A stretch of DNA of 62,467 bases, filler included. It is 6 parts of 6 records of this genome, joined end to end, with 100 filler letters (N's around TTAATTAATTAA, not from the genome) between each part and the next. Parts side by side here need not be neighbours in the genome. Positions count along the whole stretch, not along the records: positions 48,057 to 54,264 come from SRR31156797_583; positions 54,365 to 62,467 come from SRR31156797_599; 4 more parts are not named here. One strand, given 5' to 3'. The position numbers and the translations under genes were made by a program. Below are positions 49,138 through 58,164 of the stretch, in pieces. The notes beneath the pieces were generated by a model, which did not search any database, was not told the DNA's origin, and saw only the letters and a list, made by a program, of their open reading frames with translations. The stretch's first letter is position 1. The number at the start of each line of letters is the position of its first letter.

Positions 49138-49495
49138 TTTCCTTTTTGTTAATATCTTCTTTTACAACTTTGCAAATCTCTTTTGCTTTATTAATATCAT
49201 TTAAATCTAATAATTTATCTACCATTTCAAAAGCAGTTAACAACTCACTATTGTGTTGATATAAATTAAAATTTACTTTTTTTAAATTCTCAATTGCTTC
49301 AAAAAGCTTCTCTTTTTTACTATCAATATTTTTAAATTTAAGACTATCTTTTTTATTCTCTTCGATTGAATTTAAGTGCTTAATAAACTCTTCTTTTTTG
49401 GAACATTTACGAATTAAATTTGCTAAAAAAACAATTATTTTGTCACAAAAATTCCTCTTTGAATTGCTTACTTTTTCAACTATTCTTTGTTTCAT
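49127..49495 (-). CDS. Hypothetical helical protein
   Basis: Probable start ATG 49495 downstream of AAGGAG; overlaps the next gene. Confidence 0.6.
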   Translation of the reverse strand: MKQRIVEKVSNSKRNFCDKIIVFLANLIRKCSKKEEFIKHLNSIEENKKDSLKFKNIDSKKEKLFEAIENLKKVNFNLYQHNSELLTAFEMVDKLLDLNDINKAKEICKVVKEDINKKENDE

Positions 49496-49602
49496 TACAT
49501 TTATTGTCTCCTTCCTTATGTATATTATTTTAAGACTAATTAAGAAAATTATATATATAATTAGCATAATTTAAGTTTAAATATTATGGAGCAGGTTTTT
49601 AA

Positions 49603-50130
49603 ATGATTGGTGTAGAAGAAATAGAAAAATTATCACTTGAGCTTAACATTGATACTAAAGAGATAGTTGAGGTATTTAGACACCATATTGCAGAGTATTA
49701 TAATGTTGATTGGATACATTTTACAGATGATGCTTCTGTAGTACTAATTTCTTTCAATAATATGAAAAATGCTATTGAAAGAAAAAGAATATATGTCAAA
49801 AGAGAGTATTTCAAGAAAATCATTGAGAATACAATCCTTACTCTATATAAACACATTGAAAAAATCAATTTAATTAACTTAAAAGAAAAGCTAAATCTAC
49901 AGAAAATAGAAGGTGTTTTTAACCCTGAAACTAAGAATGTTTCGTTCTATAAAAAAGGAGTATTGCAAAAAGAAATTGTAGGGAAACTAGCAAATAATTA
50001 TGATAATAAAGAACTAGAAAACAAATTCACTTTGTATAGAATTCTAGGAAAAACTTTACATAAAAAAAACATGATTTACGTTGTTAATTGTATCCCAGTC
50101 TATCATAAAAAAAAGGAAAAAAATGGCTAA
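49603..50130 (+). CDS. Hypothetical protein leading the tra operon; weak resemblance to the NusA N-terminal and S1 region
   Basis: 175 aa with GGAG RBS, overlapping the next gene. The CDS is well supported; the NusA likeness is pattern-level only. Confidence 0.7.
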   Translation: MIGVEEIEKLSLELNIDTKEIVEVFRHHIAEYYNVDWIHFTDDASVVLISFNNMKNAIERKRIYVKREYFKKIIENTILTLYKHIEKINLINLKEKLNLQKIEGVFNPETKNVSFYKKGVLQKEIVGKLANNYDNKELENKFTLYRILGKTLHKKNMIYVVNCIPVYHKKKEKNG

Positions 50131-50335
50131 AAAAATCATTAATTTAATGTTCTTAATCTCAATTGCTGTGTTAAGTACAGGTTGTCTTTCATCTATGTTG
50201 TCTATTGGAGAAGAACAATCAATGTGTGATAAAAACACAAAAAGATTAGGTAAGTGTGCAGGTATTACAGAGGTAATGAACAATAGATATCAATATGCAA
50301 ATGATTATATAAAAGGATATAAAAATGAAGACTAA
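50123..50335 (+). CDS. Lipoprotein resembling the TraV N-terminal Cys-containing region
   Basis: Lipobox STGC then IGEEQSMC...GKCAGITEV; ATG at 50123. Confidence 0.65.
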   Translation: MAKKIINLMFLISIAVLSTGCLSSMLSIGEEQSMCDKNTKRLGKCAGITEVMNNRYQYANDYIKGYKNED

Positions 50336-50651
50336 TACATTTATACTTAGCTCATTAAGTATATTATTATTAAGTGGTTGTGCTATAACAAACAAACAGC
50401 AAAACACATCAAAAACTATTGATAATCATAAGGTTAGAACAGTAATAAACTATAACAATAGTGTAAAAGCAAAGGTAGTTCCTCCTACAGCTCTTAAAGC
50501 AACTATTTATCCAATTAAAGATGAAAACTCAGGTTCTTTTACTGATAAACAAGAAGTTTATTATTGGGTAAGTAAGGCTAAGTTTAAAGGTGCAAAGAAA
50601 AGAAAAGAAGTTGAGCTAGACTCAAGAATAAAAAAATTTTTAGAAGAGTAG
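50325..50651 (+). CDS. Lipoprotein resembling the TraV C-terminal region
   Basis: Lipobox LSGC; PPTALKATIYPIKDENSGSF.....VYYWV resembles the TraV P..LRIWIAPW.D..G......VY.VV motif; directly precedes traC. Confidence 0.6.
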   Translation: MKTNTFILSSLSILLLSGCAITNKQQNTSKTIDNHKVRTVINYNNSVKAKVVPPTALKATIYPIKDENSGSFTDKQEVYYWVSKAKFKGAKKRKEVELDSRIKKFLEE

Positions 50652-50661
50652 GGAGTTAATT

Positions 50662-53421
50662 ATGAGTGCAAAAATCGACTTACTACCTTTCGTAAATAGT
50701 GTTAAAACAAAAGCACGAAAAAACATATCTCAACTATATCAAGATATGTTTAAAAAATCTGAAAACATCTCAAAAGAAAATTTAATTTCTATACTTGAAA
50801 GACATAAAAAACCATCTGACTTTTTGAATTTCAGAACTTATGAAGAGTACTATTTAAATGCAGAGTTTGGAAAAGATGCAGCAGATATATTAGGTGTTTA
50901 CCAAATGGCTGATGGTAGATATGGTTTAGTATATGACTTAACTCCTGGCGGATATCCAAACACAAGAACTGAAAAAATTTTAGAAAGTACTTGTGAAGAA
51001 ATAATTAAATTTTGTAATTATAAAGATTTATCAATAAACTTTACTTCTTTCTCTTCTCAAAATATTGAAGATATCCTTGATGAGTATAAAAGAATTCATC
51101 ACTGTAATGTTAATGTTAGAAACAAACACGTTCTTAAAGTATTGATTGATGCGGAAGTAAGACATTTAAAAAAATGGACAAAAGAGAGCTGCTTAGATAT
51201 TTTTGATTATAGAGTTAGAAATATGAAAAATTTATTCTCTATTATCTTACCTGAAAAAGTTTCTTTTGAAGACATTAAACATATTCATAATACTATTAAA
51301 GGAAATGCAGGTCCTTTAAAACCAAAAATTTTAAGTGGAGATAGGTTTATTGAAATAATATCTGAAATGTTTCATATAAATTCAGATGAGTATAGACATT
51401 CAATAGATAAGAAACAAACAATTAATAAATTAGTTTCTCCTCCTGGAACTCAAATAAATGTAAATAAAGGTAGAATCATTTTTAATAAAAATGAAAAACC
51501 TACATATGCAGATGTATATTCAGTTGCAAGTTATCCTGAAGACACTTCTTTATTTACAACAGTAAATACTTTCTTTGATATGTTAAGAAAAAATCTTTCA
51601 AATCCAATTCCTTCTCCATTTATAAATAGTGTTACTATTAATGTTGATAATGTACAAAAGAAAAGTGAAAAATACCTTGCAAAAGTAAGATGGGATTATC
51701 AACAATTATCAAAACTTGATGTAAAAGAAAAAAAACTACAACCTGAACTTGAAGAAAGATTTAGAGAAACTAAAGAAGTAATAGACAAAATATCTAAAGG
51801 TGAAAAATATTTTGTTGATGTAATTTGGAATTTAACAATTTTAGAAACAGATGAGCAAAGACTCACAAGACATGGAAGTTCTATTATGGACGCATTTAAA
51901 TCTAAAGGTTGGAAAATTGTAAGAGAGACATTTGACAATGTAGCTCTTTTAAAAATGCTTTACACTCTTCCTTTACAATATGATAAAGATGTATACACTT
52001 TATTAGATAGAACTGTACCACTATTTTTAGAAGATGTCTTAAAAATTGCACCTGTTATTTCAGATAATATGGGTTATGGTGCTCCATATAATATTTATCT
52101 TTCTCCTTCTGGTCAAATACAATCGTTTGATCCAATGGCTTCTATTACAAACTACAATATGGTATTTACAGGAACATCTGGTTCTGGTAAATCATATACT
52201 ATTTCAAAGACTTTATTTGAGTACCTTGCAGCAGGTTTCAAAATGAGAGTTATTGATGTTGGAAAATCATATGCAGATCTATGTAAAATATTTGGTGGCC
52301 AGTTTATTGATTTTGGTGAAAAACAATATTGCTTAAATTTCTTTACCCATGTTCCTACTAAAAAGAAAAAGATAAAAGAAAATGGAAAAGAGGTTGAAAT
52401 AGAAGTAATTGAAGAGGTAAATGCTCAAAATATTGTTGCAATTATTGGTATTATGATAGGAATTAACTTCTTAGTTGAAAATGACAATAAACTAGGTGTT
52501 GATGAAATTTATCTAAAAGGTAAAATTCAACAAGCTGTTAACTATGCCTTTAGATATAGAGGTGGTAGAAGTGCTGATTTAGAAGATGTTAGAGAATATT
52601 TAATTGAACAAAGAAATAATGAAGAAGACAATACAAATACTTCTTTACTTGATAAATTAATTGCTGCAATGTATAACTTTGCTGATAAAGAAGGTGCTTA
52701 TTACGAATACTTCAATGGACCTGCTACTTTAAAATTTGATAGTGATTTTATTGTTCTTGAACTTGATGCATTAAAAGATTTAAAAGACTTATATCCAATT
52801 GTTGTATTTATGTTAGCTCAATTCTCATTTAATGAATTCTTTATTGAATATCATAAGAATAAAACCCAAAGAAGTTTATTTGGAGTTGATGAAGCTCCAA
52901 TGATGTTTGGTAATGAAGTTGTTGTTGATTTACTTGAAGCTTTCTATAGAAGAATTAGAAAGTACAATGGTTTATCGTTTACTGCAGCTCAATTAATTAC
53001 AGACTATAGTAGAAACAATGCAACTAAAGCAATGTATGCAAATGCAGCATGGAGAATTAATAATAAATCAAATGAAGATGCAATTGAAGCAGCAATTAAA
53101 GATGGGCTAATTACACCAAATGCAGCTGAGGTTGAAATTTATAAAGCAATTAATCCTAATCCACCTCATTATGGTGAAATGGTTCTGAAATCAGAATCTG
53201 GAATCATGATTAGTAGAGTTAAATCTAACCCTTATAATCACTATATCCTCACACAAAGAGAAGAAGATAAAAAAGTTATTGAGCAAATTGAAAGAAAATT
53301 CGGGCTTGAAGAAATTGATGCTAGATTGTATCTTGCCTTCTATAAAGACAAAGGTAAAGAAGAAGATTTCAGTCCTGAAAATATCATTAAACACATAGAT
53401 CATCTTAAAAAGGCATCTTAA
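50662..53421 (+). CDS. traC: F-type conjugative VirB4-family ATPase TraC
   Basis: 919 aa; NYNMVFTGTSGSGKS, VIDVGKSY..LC...GG, LNFF, VLELDAL, VDEA, YRRIRKYNG....AQ. Confidence 0.9.
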   Translation: MSAKIDLLPFVNSVKTKARKNISQLYQDMFKKSENISKENLISILERHKKPSDFLNFRTYEEYYLNAEFGKDAADILGVYQMADGRYGLVYDLTPGGYPNTRTEKILESTCEEIIKFCNYKDLSINFTSFSSQNIEDILDEYKRIHHCNVNVRNKHVLKVLIDAEVRHLKKWTKESCLDIFDYRVRNMKNLFSIILPEKVSFEDIKHIHNTIKGNAGPLKPKILSGDRFIEIISEMFHINSDEYRHSIDKKQTINKLVSPPGTQINVNKGRIIFNKNEKPTYADVYSVASYPEDTSLFTTVNTFFDMLRKNLSNPIPSPFINSVTINVDNVQKKSEKYLAKVRWDYQQLSKLDVKEKKLQPELEERFRETKEVIDKISKGEKYFVDVIWNLTILETDEQRLTRHGSSIMDAFKSKGWKIVRETFDNVALLKMLYTLPLQYDKDVYTLLDRTVPLFLEDVLKIAPVISDNMGYGAPYNIYLSPSGQIQSFDPMASITNYNMVFTGTSGSGKSYTISKTLFEYLAAGFKMRVIDVGKSYADLCKIFGGQFIDFGEKQYCLNFFTHVPTKKKKIKENGKEVEIEVIEEVNAQNIVAIIGIMIGINFLVENDNKLGVDEIYLKGKIQQAVNYAFRYRGGRSADLEDVREYLIEQRNNEEDNTNTSLLDKLIAAMYNFADKEGAYYEYFNGPATLKFDSDFIVLELDALKDLKDLYPIVVFMLAQFSFNEFFIEYHKNKTQRSLFGVDEAPMMFGNEVVVDLLEAFYRRIRKYNGLSFTAAQLITDYSRNNATKAMYANAAWRINNKSNEDAIEAAIKDGLITPNAAEVEIYKAINPNPPHYGEMVLKSESGIMISRVKSNPYNHYILTQREEDKKVIEQIERKFGLEEIDARLYLAFYKDKGKEEDFSPENIIKHIDHLKKAS

Positions 53422-54264
53422 TGTTTGGTGATAATTCTCTAATGGCTAAATTAAATGATAAATTCTTTAAAATTGATTTAAGAGCTGATGAAGAAATTCT
53501 AAATGAGTTCCAAATCAATGTTCGCTATGAACATCAAATTAAAGAGTTACAGAAATTATTAGTCAAATTTAAAAGAGAAAAAAAAGAAGAACAAGTATTT
53601 AAAACATATGAATATCTTGCTAAAAGAAATGACTATTTAGTTGAAAAGCTATTAAGTGCTAAGAGAAAAATTGTTTCTCCTAGCACAACTCCTGCAAATA
53701 AAGAAAATTACTCAAGAATTGCTTTAGAGTGTGAAGATTTATTAATGAATCCTACTTGTGGAATGTATTGTGGACTTGGTGCAGATATCAAAAATCCTAA
53801 AAATTCTGTCACTGCTGTATATGCACAATGGAACAACCTTAATAATCACTCAGCAACTACAGGAACTACCAGAGTTGGTAAAACTTATAAAATGTTGTCA
53901 GATATAAAACAAATAGGTAGGCGTAGAGAAAATTTAATAGTGTTTGACCCTAAAGAAGGGGAGGAAGAAGAAATTCTTAAAATGATGTGGGATACTGCTA
54001 TTAATGAAGAAAGACAAACAGACTGGAGGCATATATCTCCTGAAAGAGTAAATGATGTCTTTATGTTCTATAACTTCATATATGGTTTAAACAATCAAGA
54101 AATCTCTTCATTAATGAGTGATTTAGTTGGTAGTGAATTCTACAAAGAAGTAGCATATGATAGTACTTTAGGAATTTTAGAAGCTTATGAGTTTATACAA
54201 GCTGCAACAGATCCTACAGGAGAAAAAACACAAGAACATTTATTTAATGAAATTCAAAAAGCAA
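53421..54264 (+). CDS. traD: Type IV coupling protein TraD (SXT-like), 3'-truncated
   Basis: NHSATTGTTRVGKT Walker A and IVFDPK; coupled to traC by TAATG. Confidence 0.8.
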
Positions 54265-54364
54265 NNNNNNNNNNNNNNNNNNNNNNNNNNNNNNNNNNNN
54301 NNNNNNNNTTAATTAATTAANNNNNNNNNNNNNNNNNNNNNNNNNNNNNNNNNNNNNNNNNNNN
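54265..54364. other. Artificial contig spacer
   Basis: 44 N + TTAATTAATTAA + 44 N. Confidence 0.98.
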
Positions 54365-54401
54365 ATAACGAATCTTTAATACATAATCCGGGTTAAACAG
54401 C

Positions 54402-54428
54402 AAAAACCCCGGAAATTGAACCGGGGTT
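54402..54428 (-). terminator. Intrinsic terminator of the hydrogenase operon
   Basis: Minus strand AACCCCGG-loop-CCGGGGTT then TTT, 14 nt after the hydA stop. Confidence 0.75.
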
Positions 54429-54442
54429 GATGAATGTATGAT

Positions 54443-56230
54443 TTAATACCTGTTTCTTTGGACATAGGAAGTATGCAATAAATCATGCGATTTATGACCT
54501 AATGGTTCTTTCAGAAATTCTTTATAGAGTTTAACCACTTCAGGATTTTCATGAGATTTACGTATAGGTTTACCCGCATCTTCTTTATAAATAGCCTGAC
54601 TTCTTTTTTGTCTTATAGCAAGATTAGTCGGAATAGGCTGACCTCCTCCTCCCAAACATCCTCCCGGACAAGCCATTACCTCAATAAAATGGTAATTAGC
54701 TTCACCATTTATAACTTTATCCATTACTTTTTTAGCATTGGCCAAACCATGGGTTACACATGTTTTTAATTCTACTCCTTTTAAGAAGTCCCAATCTGGT
54801 AAAGGTTCTTCAATTTTTATACAGGCTTCTTTGACCTCTTCCATACCTCTTACCGGCGTAATATTTAAGCCATCAAAAGGAACTTCCTTACCTGTAACCA
54901 ATTCGTAGGCTGTGCGCAATGCCGCTTCCATTACTCCTCCTGATGCTCCAAAAATGACCGCTGCACCTGAAGACACCCCCATAAAAGAATCGTATTCTTC
55001 ATTCTGAAGTGCTTCAAAATCAATACCTGCCTGCTCTATCATTTTAGCCAGCTCACGAGTAGTCAATACCAAATCTACATCCTTATATCCACTTGCATGC
55101 ATTTCAGGACGATTAGCCTCATATTTTTTAGCCGTACATGGCATTACAGAAACAACTACCATATTCTCTGGCTCAATATTCTTTTGTTGAGCGTAATAGG
55201 TTTTAGCCAGCGCACCAAACATTTGCTGCGGGGATTTAGCTGTTGAAACATTAGGAAGCATTTCTGGGTACATGTGCTCTATGTATTTAATCCAACCAGG
55301 AGAACATGAAGTTGTCATAGGTAAATTAACATTTGGATTTTTGTCAACCAAAGCACCTTTTAACCTTTGTAATAATTCATTACCTTCTTCAATAATGGTT
55401 AAATCTGCCGTAAAATCAGTATCCAAAATAGAATCAAAACCTAAGCGGCGAAGTGCTGCAACCATCTTACCAGTTACTATTTCTCCTGGAGGAATTCCCA
55501 AAGCTTCACCTAAAGCAATTCTTACTGCAGGAGCAGTCTGTACTACCAAATGTTTTTGAGGGTTATTGATAGCCGTCCAAACTTCATCAATATAGTTTCT
55601 CTCAATTAATGCTCCTGTTGGACAACGGTTTACACACTGACCACAATTGGTGCAAACGACTTCGTACATTGGTTTTTCAAAAAAGGAAGAAACTTTCATA
55701 TCGTGACCTTTATAGGCCACCGTTAGCGCACCAATATCCTGTAACTGATCACAAGTTCGTACGCATCGCTGGCAACGAATACACTTGGAATCATCTTTAA
55801 TAATAGATGGCGAAAAGTAATCTATTGAATATTCCTTTAAGGGAACTAAATCGATAAAACTATCTTCACCTATCAAATACTCAGAGGATAAATGCTGAAG
55901 CTCACACCCTCCGTTTTTATAACACCTGGTACATTCTGCCCGATGCTCTGAAACTAAAAGGTCAATAATATTTTTTCTTGCATTCCTAACTTTTAAGCTA
56001 TTGGTAAGTATGTCCATTCCTTCTGCTACAGGTGTAGCACATGATGGCAAAAGCCTATCTGCACCAACCTGTTCAACCACGCATACCCTGCAATTACCGG
56101 CAACACATAAATCCTCATGATAACATAAAGTCGGGATTTTTATTTTTAGTTGTTTTGCAGCATCCAGCAAAGTAGTTCCTGGATCTACACTAACTTCTAT
56201 ATGATCGATTGTTAAATTAATTTTATTCAT
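54443..56230 (-). CDS. hydA: Group A [FeFe]-hydrogenase catalytic subunit (HydA/HndD-like)
   Basis: [2Fe-2S], His-ligated and 2x[4Fe-4S] motifs; H-cluster motifs TSCSPGW, MPCTAKKYE, EVMACPGGCLGGGGQP; probable start ATG 56230. Confidence 0.95.
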   Translation of the reverse strand: MNKINLTIDHIEVSVDPGTTLLDAAKQLKIKIPTLCYHEDLCVAGNCRVCVVEQVGADRLLPSCATPVAEGMDILTNSLKVRNARKNIIDLLVSEHRAECTRCYKNGGCELQHLSSEYLIGEDSFIDLVPLKEYSIDYFSPSIIKDDSKCIRCQRCVRTCDQLQDIGALTVAYKGHDMKVSSFFEKPMYEVVCTNCGQCVNRCPTGALIERNYIDEVWTAINNPQKHLVVQTAPAVRIALGEALGIPPGEIVTGKMVAALRRLGFDSILDTDFTADLTIIEEGNELLQRLKGALVDKNPNVNLPMTTSCSPGWIKYIEHMYPEMLPNVSTAKSPQQMFGALAKTYYAQQKNIEPENMVVVSVMPCTAKKYEANRPEMHASGYKDVDLVLTTRELAKMIEQAGIDFEALQNEEYDSFMGVSSGAAVIFGASGGVMEAALRTAYELVTGKEVPFDGLNITPVRGMEEVKEACIKIEEPLPDWDFLKGVELKTCVTHGLANAKKVMDKVINGEANYHFIEVMACPGGCLGGGGQPIPTNLAIRQKRSQAIYKEDAGKPIRKSHENPEVVKLYKEFLKEPLGHKSHDLLHTSYVQRNRY

Positions 56231-56247
56231 TTGTCCGGGTTTAAAGA

Positions 56248-57429
56248 TTAGTAAATCATTTCTTCTCGAAAGTTTTCGACAATAGAAGAGAAAGAATTGG
56301 CAACAGATTGGCCTAAACCGCATTTAGCCGTTACTCTCATATTTTCTGCCAATTCCAATAAACGATTTAGGTATTCCGAAGATCGTTCTCCTTTTTTAAC
56401 TGCCTCAATACCCAATAACAACTGCTGTGTGCCAACCCGGCATGGAGTACATTGGCCACAACTTTCTTCTACAAAAAAATCGAGGTAGTTATGAAGAACA
56501 TTATACATACTTCTGGAAGAGTTAAATATCATCATAGATCCTCCGGTCGGTAATGAAACTCCGGTTAACTTCCCCTGATATCCAATCATGGTTTTTTCAA
56601 ACTTTTTACGAGGTACACAAAAGCCTGAAGCTCCTCCAACCTGCACCGCTTTAGCATCTCCATCTCCAAAATCTTCCACAAACTTTTGAACGGACATTCC
56701 AAATTCCAGCTCATAAATTCCCGGATTTGGGGTATCTCCTGAAACTGAAAAGACTTTTGAACCTCTGGAATCCTGAACACCTAAATCTTTGAATTTTTCT
56801 GATCCGTATTTAAAAATAGAGTAAGTATGCGCTAAAGTTTCAACGTTATTAATAACCGTTGGCATCTTTCTATATCCGGAATTCGTCGGATACGGAGGCT
56901 TGTTTCTAGGTTCTCCCCTGTAACCTTCCATACTTTCAAATAAAGCAGTCTCCTCGCCGCATATATAGGCTCCACTTCCTAAAAAAATTTTAACTCTAAA
57001 ATCAAAACCGAGTTTATTCAGTGTAATATGAAAATCATCAATGACTTCATTCAATTTTTCCTCCAGAAATTTATATTCACCTCTTAAATAAATAAACCCC
57101 TCATGTGCTCCAATAATTTTTGCACAAACAGCCATACCTGTTAATACCTTATAAGGTACTTGCGTTAAAATTTCACGATCCTTAAAAGTCCCTGGTTCTC
57201 CTTCATCGGCATTACAAATCACATATTTTAAATCTCCTTTAGCCTCCGAAGCCAATTTCCATTTTAGTCCTGTCGGATAACCTGCTCCTCCTCTACCTTT
57301 TAAACCCGAATTAATTAACTCATTAATTATATCCTGAGATGGCCTTGCTAAAGTCTGTTCCAATATTTGATTGCAATCATTTTCATTCTTAAAAATGAGG
57401 TCTAAACGTTTTAAGTTTTTCTTAGCCAT
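56248..57429 (-). CDS. hydB: NuoF-like NADH/FMN-binding hydrogenase subunit (short HydB)
   Basis: GRGGAGYPTGLKW, CNADEGEPGTFKDR, GAYICGEETAL, ESCGQCTPCRVG...CGLG; only 393 aa. Confidence 0.9.
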   Translation of the reverse strand: MAKKNLKRLDLIFKNENDCNQILEQTLARPSQDIINELINSGLKGRGGAGYPTGLKWKLASEAKGDLKYVICNADEGEPGTFKDREILTQVPYKVLTGMAVCAKIIGAHEGFIYLRGEYKFLEEKLNEVIDDFHITLNKLGFDFRVKIFLGSGAYICGEETALFESMEGYRGEPRNKPPYPTNSGYRKMPTVINNVETLAHTYSIFKYGSEKFKDLGVQDSRGSKVFSVSGDTPNPGIYELEFGMSVQKFVEDFGDGDAKAVQVGGASGFCVPRKKFEKTMIGYQGKLTGVSLPTGGSMMIFNSSRSMYNVLHNYLDFFVEESCGQCTPCRVGTQQLLLGIEAVKKGERSSEYLNRLLELAENMRVTAKCGLGQSVANSFSSIVENFREEMIY

Positions 57430-57435
57430 AACTTC

Positions 57436-57933
57436 TTAGTTTACAAGGTTAGTAGAACTTTCTAACAAATCGTTATGCTGTAACAATTCAATAATATCCC
57501 GCACTTTTTCAGGTGTAAGATCAGTATAGGGTTCATCATTAATCAAAATAGCAGGTCCTTTATGACATTGCCCAAGACAGTTTGTCTCCAGCAAACTAAA
57601 TTTTCCATCATGTGAAGTTTCGCCCAATTTGATCTTTAATAATTTTTCCAATTCCTGAATAATCAGATTCTTTCCATGCATCATACAAGTAATGGTTTTA
57701 CACACCCTAATGACGTACTTGCCCATAGGTTTCGTATTTAGGAATGAATAAAATGAAGCGGTGCCAAATACACGGGCTGCTGAAATATCAAGTTCCCGAG
57801 CTACCTCAACCATTGCCTCTTCTGATAGGAATTTCTTCTTTTCTACTACACCTTGCAGAATTGGTAGTAGACTTTCATGTTGCCGTCCGTATTTGTCGGC
57901 AAGGCTTTTTACTAGATTAGTCATTTCGGTCAT
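57436..57933 (-). CDS. hydC: NuoE-like [2Fe-2S] hydrogenase subunit (HydC)
   Basis: ASFYSF, VCKTITC, NCLGQC.KGP. Confidence 0.9.
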   Translation of the reverse strand: MTEMTNLVKSLADKYGRQHESLLPILQGVVEKKKFLSEEAMVEVARELDISAARVFGTASFYSFLNTKPMGKYVIRVCKTITCMMHGKNLIIQELEKLLKIKLGETSHDGKFSLLETNCLGQCHKGPAILINDEPYTDLTPEKVRDIIELLQHNDLLESSTNLVN

Positions 57934-58014
57934 AAGCTGTTTTTTTAAGGGTAATGAAAAGTTTATTAGGGAAATTTTTCTTTAATAATTTAACTAAATC
58001 CATAAGCTTTAGAT

Positions 58015-58028
58015 ATGACTTTTATCAT
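58015..58028. promoter_or_regulatory. Possible Crp/Fnr-type site upstream of hydC
   Basis: ATGA-CTTTTA-TCAT dyad about 80 nt upstream of hydC. Confidence 0.35.
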
Positions 58029-58113
58029 GTTTTATACAGCCATCTTAAATTTACTTACTGATAATCAATATCAAAAAACATCTGTATCTCTAAATATTTA
58101 AAGGCCGTTTTAC

Positions 58114-58145
58114 TTTGTAGCGTTTAAGCAAAAGCTTTATTTTTG
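58114..58145 (+). promoter_or_regulatory. Bacteroidota primary-sigma promoter (-33/-7)
   Basis: TTTG (58114-58117), 20-nt spacer, TATTTTTG (58138-58145) matching TAnnTTTG. Confidence 0.6.
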
Positions 58146-58164
58146 ACACAAATTATTGCTCAGC

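Larger units (their letters stand above)
48057..54264. mobile_element. Fragment of an F-type conjugative plasmid or ICE (AT-rich, probably Campylobacterota host)
   Basis: TraV-like lipoproteins, TraC and TraD homologues with small hypothetical genes; element ends are not visible. Confidence 0.8.

Noticed and set aside
56231..56323. Cys-rich N-terminal extension of HydA in the ORF track
   Set aside because: It overlaps the hydB 3' end; the recognisable domain begins at MNKINLTID (56230).
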